20,711 nt of DNA from Octopus sinensis (Eukaryota): assembly GCF_006345805.1 (NCBI RefSeq), contig NW_021823950.1, forward strand, positions 1 through 20,711, in the 5' to 3' direction. The translations under genes were made by a program, and so were the position numbers. The notes under the pieces were generated by a model, which was given only the letters and a program-made list of their open reading frames with translations, made no database searches and was not told the DNA's origin. Below are positions 20,073-20,711 of this stretch, piece after piece (the first letter of the stretch is position 1; the number at the start of each line of letters is the position of its first letter).

Positions 20073-20711
20073 CGTTTGAATACAAGGGTGCATTTGTACC
20101 GCTGGTTTTCATAGTAAATAGGGAATATCAATGGGGTACAGCAGAAGTTGGCACTTGGTGATAACTTTGAAATTGCAGAGTAATGAGTTGAAAACCGAAC
20201 AAGCTCTGTGGAGCGTCTGTAGCGATGCACTAAATAAATGTTGTTAGCAGGCGACTATTTTTCGTTCAAAATAAGATATGTTAACAAAATAATTCTTTTG
20301 TTAATACATTTATTAGAAAGTCGCAAATACCTTTTTAACGAAACATTCTAGAAACCCTGGATTGAATCAATTAAATCAGCCTGCAGGTCATCAATGAAAC
20401 AAGGTTTGATAGAATAAATAGCACTTTGTATGTCCCCCATGAAATAAAGTCGAAGTAATAATTAAATTTTTGTTTAAAGACATCAACAAATATAATAAAT
20501 GTTTTGATTGATGGCGATAAAATAGATACAAGAGACTTCTAAATCTTCTTTTTTTACAGCGTATTAACTTCACACTAACATTTAAAGTCACAAATACTTC
20601 AAATTTAAAATTGCCAAACAATGTTTTAATGGCCTATATATACGCGTAGGTGCACTTGTATGTATACATGAACGAAAGTATGTATGTACCACACATATAT
20701 ATATGTATACA

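Noticed and set aside
20075-20621. Possible exon or DNA-transposon remnant in unique sequence
   Set aside because: I found no convincing splice-site pair, terminal inverted repeat or protein motif.

Overview
AT-rich, repeat-dominated eukaryotic non-coding DNA (intergenic or intronic). The repeat families resemble those I recall from Octopus/coleoid cephalopod genomes; this assignment is recognition only and was not verified. I can support no host protein-coding exon, and nearly all long ORFs in the track are translations of microsatellites. Contents: (i) at 1.3-6 kb, (AAT)n tracts holding four clear and one possible 5'-truncated, co-oriented 3' ends of restriction-like-endonuclease (R4/Dong-type) non-LTR retrotransposons with different sequences; (ii) at least three tRNA-derived SINE families plus another dispersed repeat family, including a head-to-head inverted SINE pair at 19.2-19.8 kb; (iii) two (TATG)n arrays with higher-order structure enclosing degraded RTE-clade LINE fragments; (iv) a degenerate 40-bp minisatellite; (v) the best candidate for a second look, a 332-bp insertion at 18431-18762 flanked by a 12-bp direct repeat. 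It is built as a ~115-bp inverted repeat and carries on the minus strand a minimal hammerhead-ribozyme-like fold with a swapped G3-C8 core pair, an architecture typical of Penelope-like element termini.
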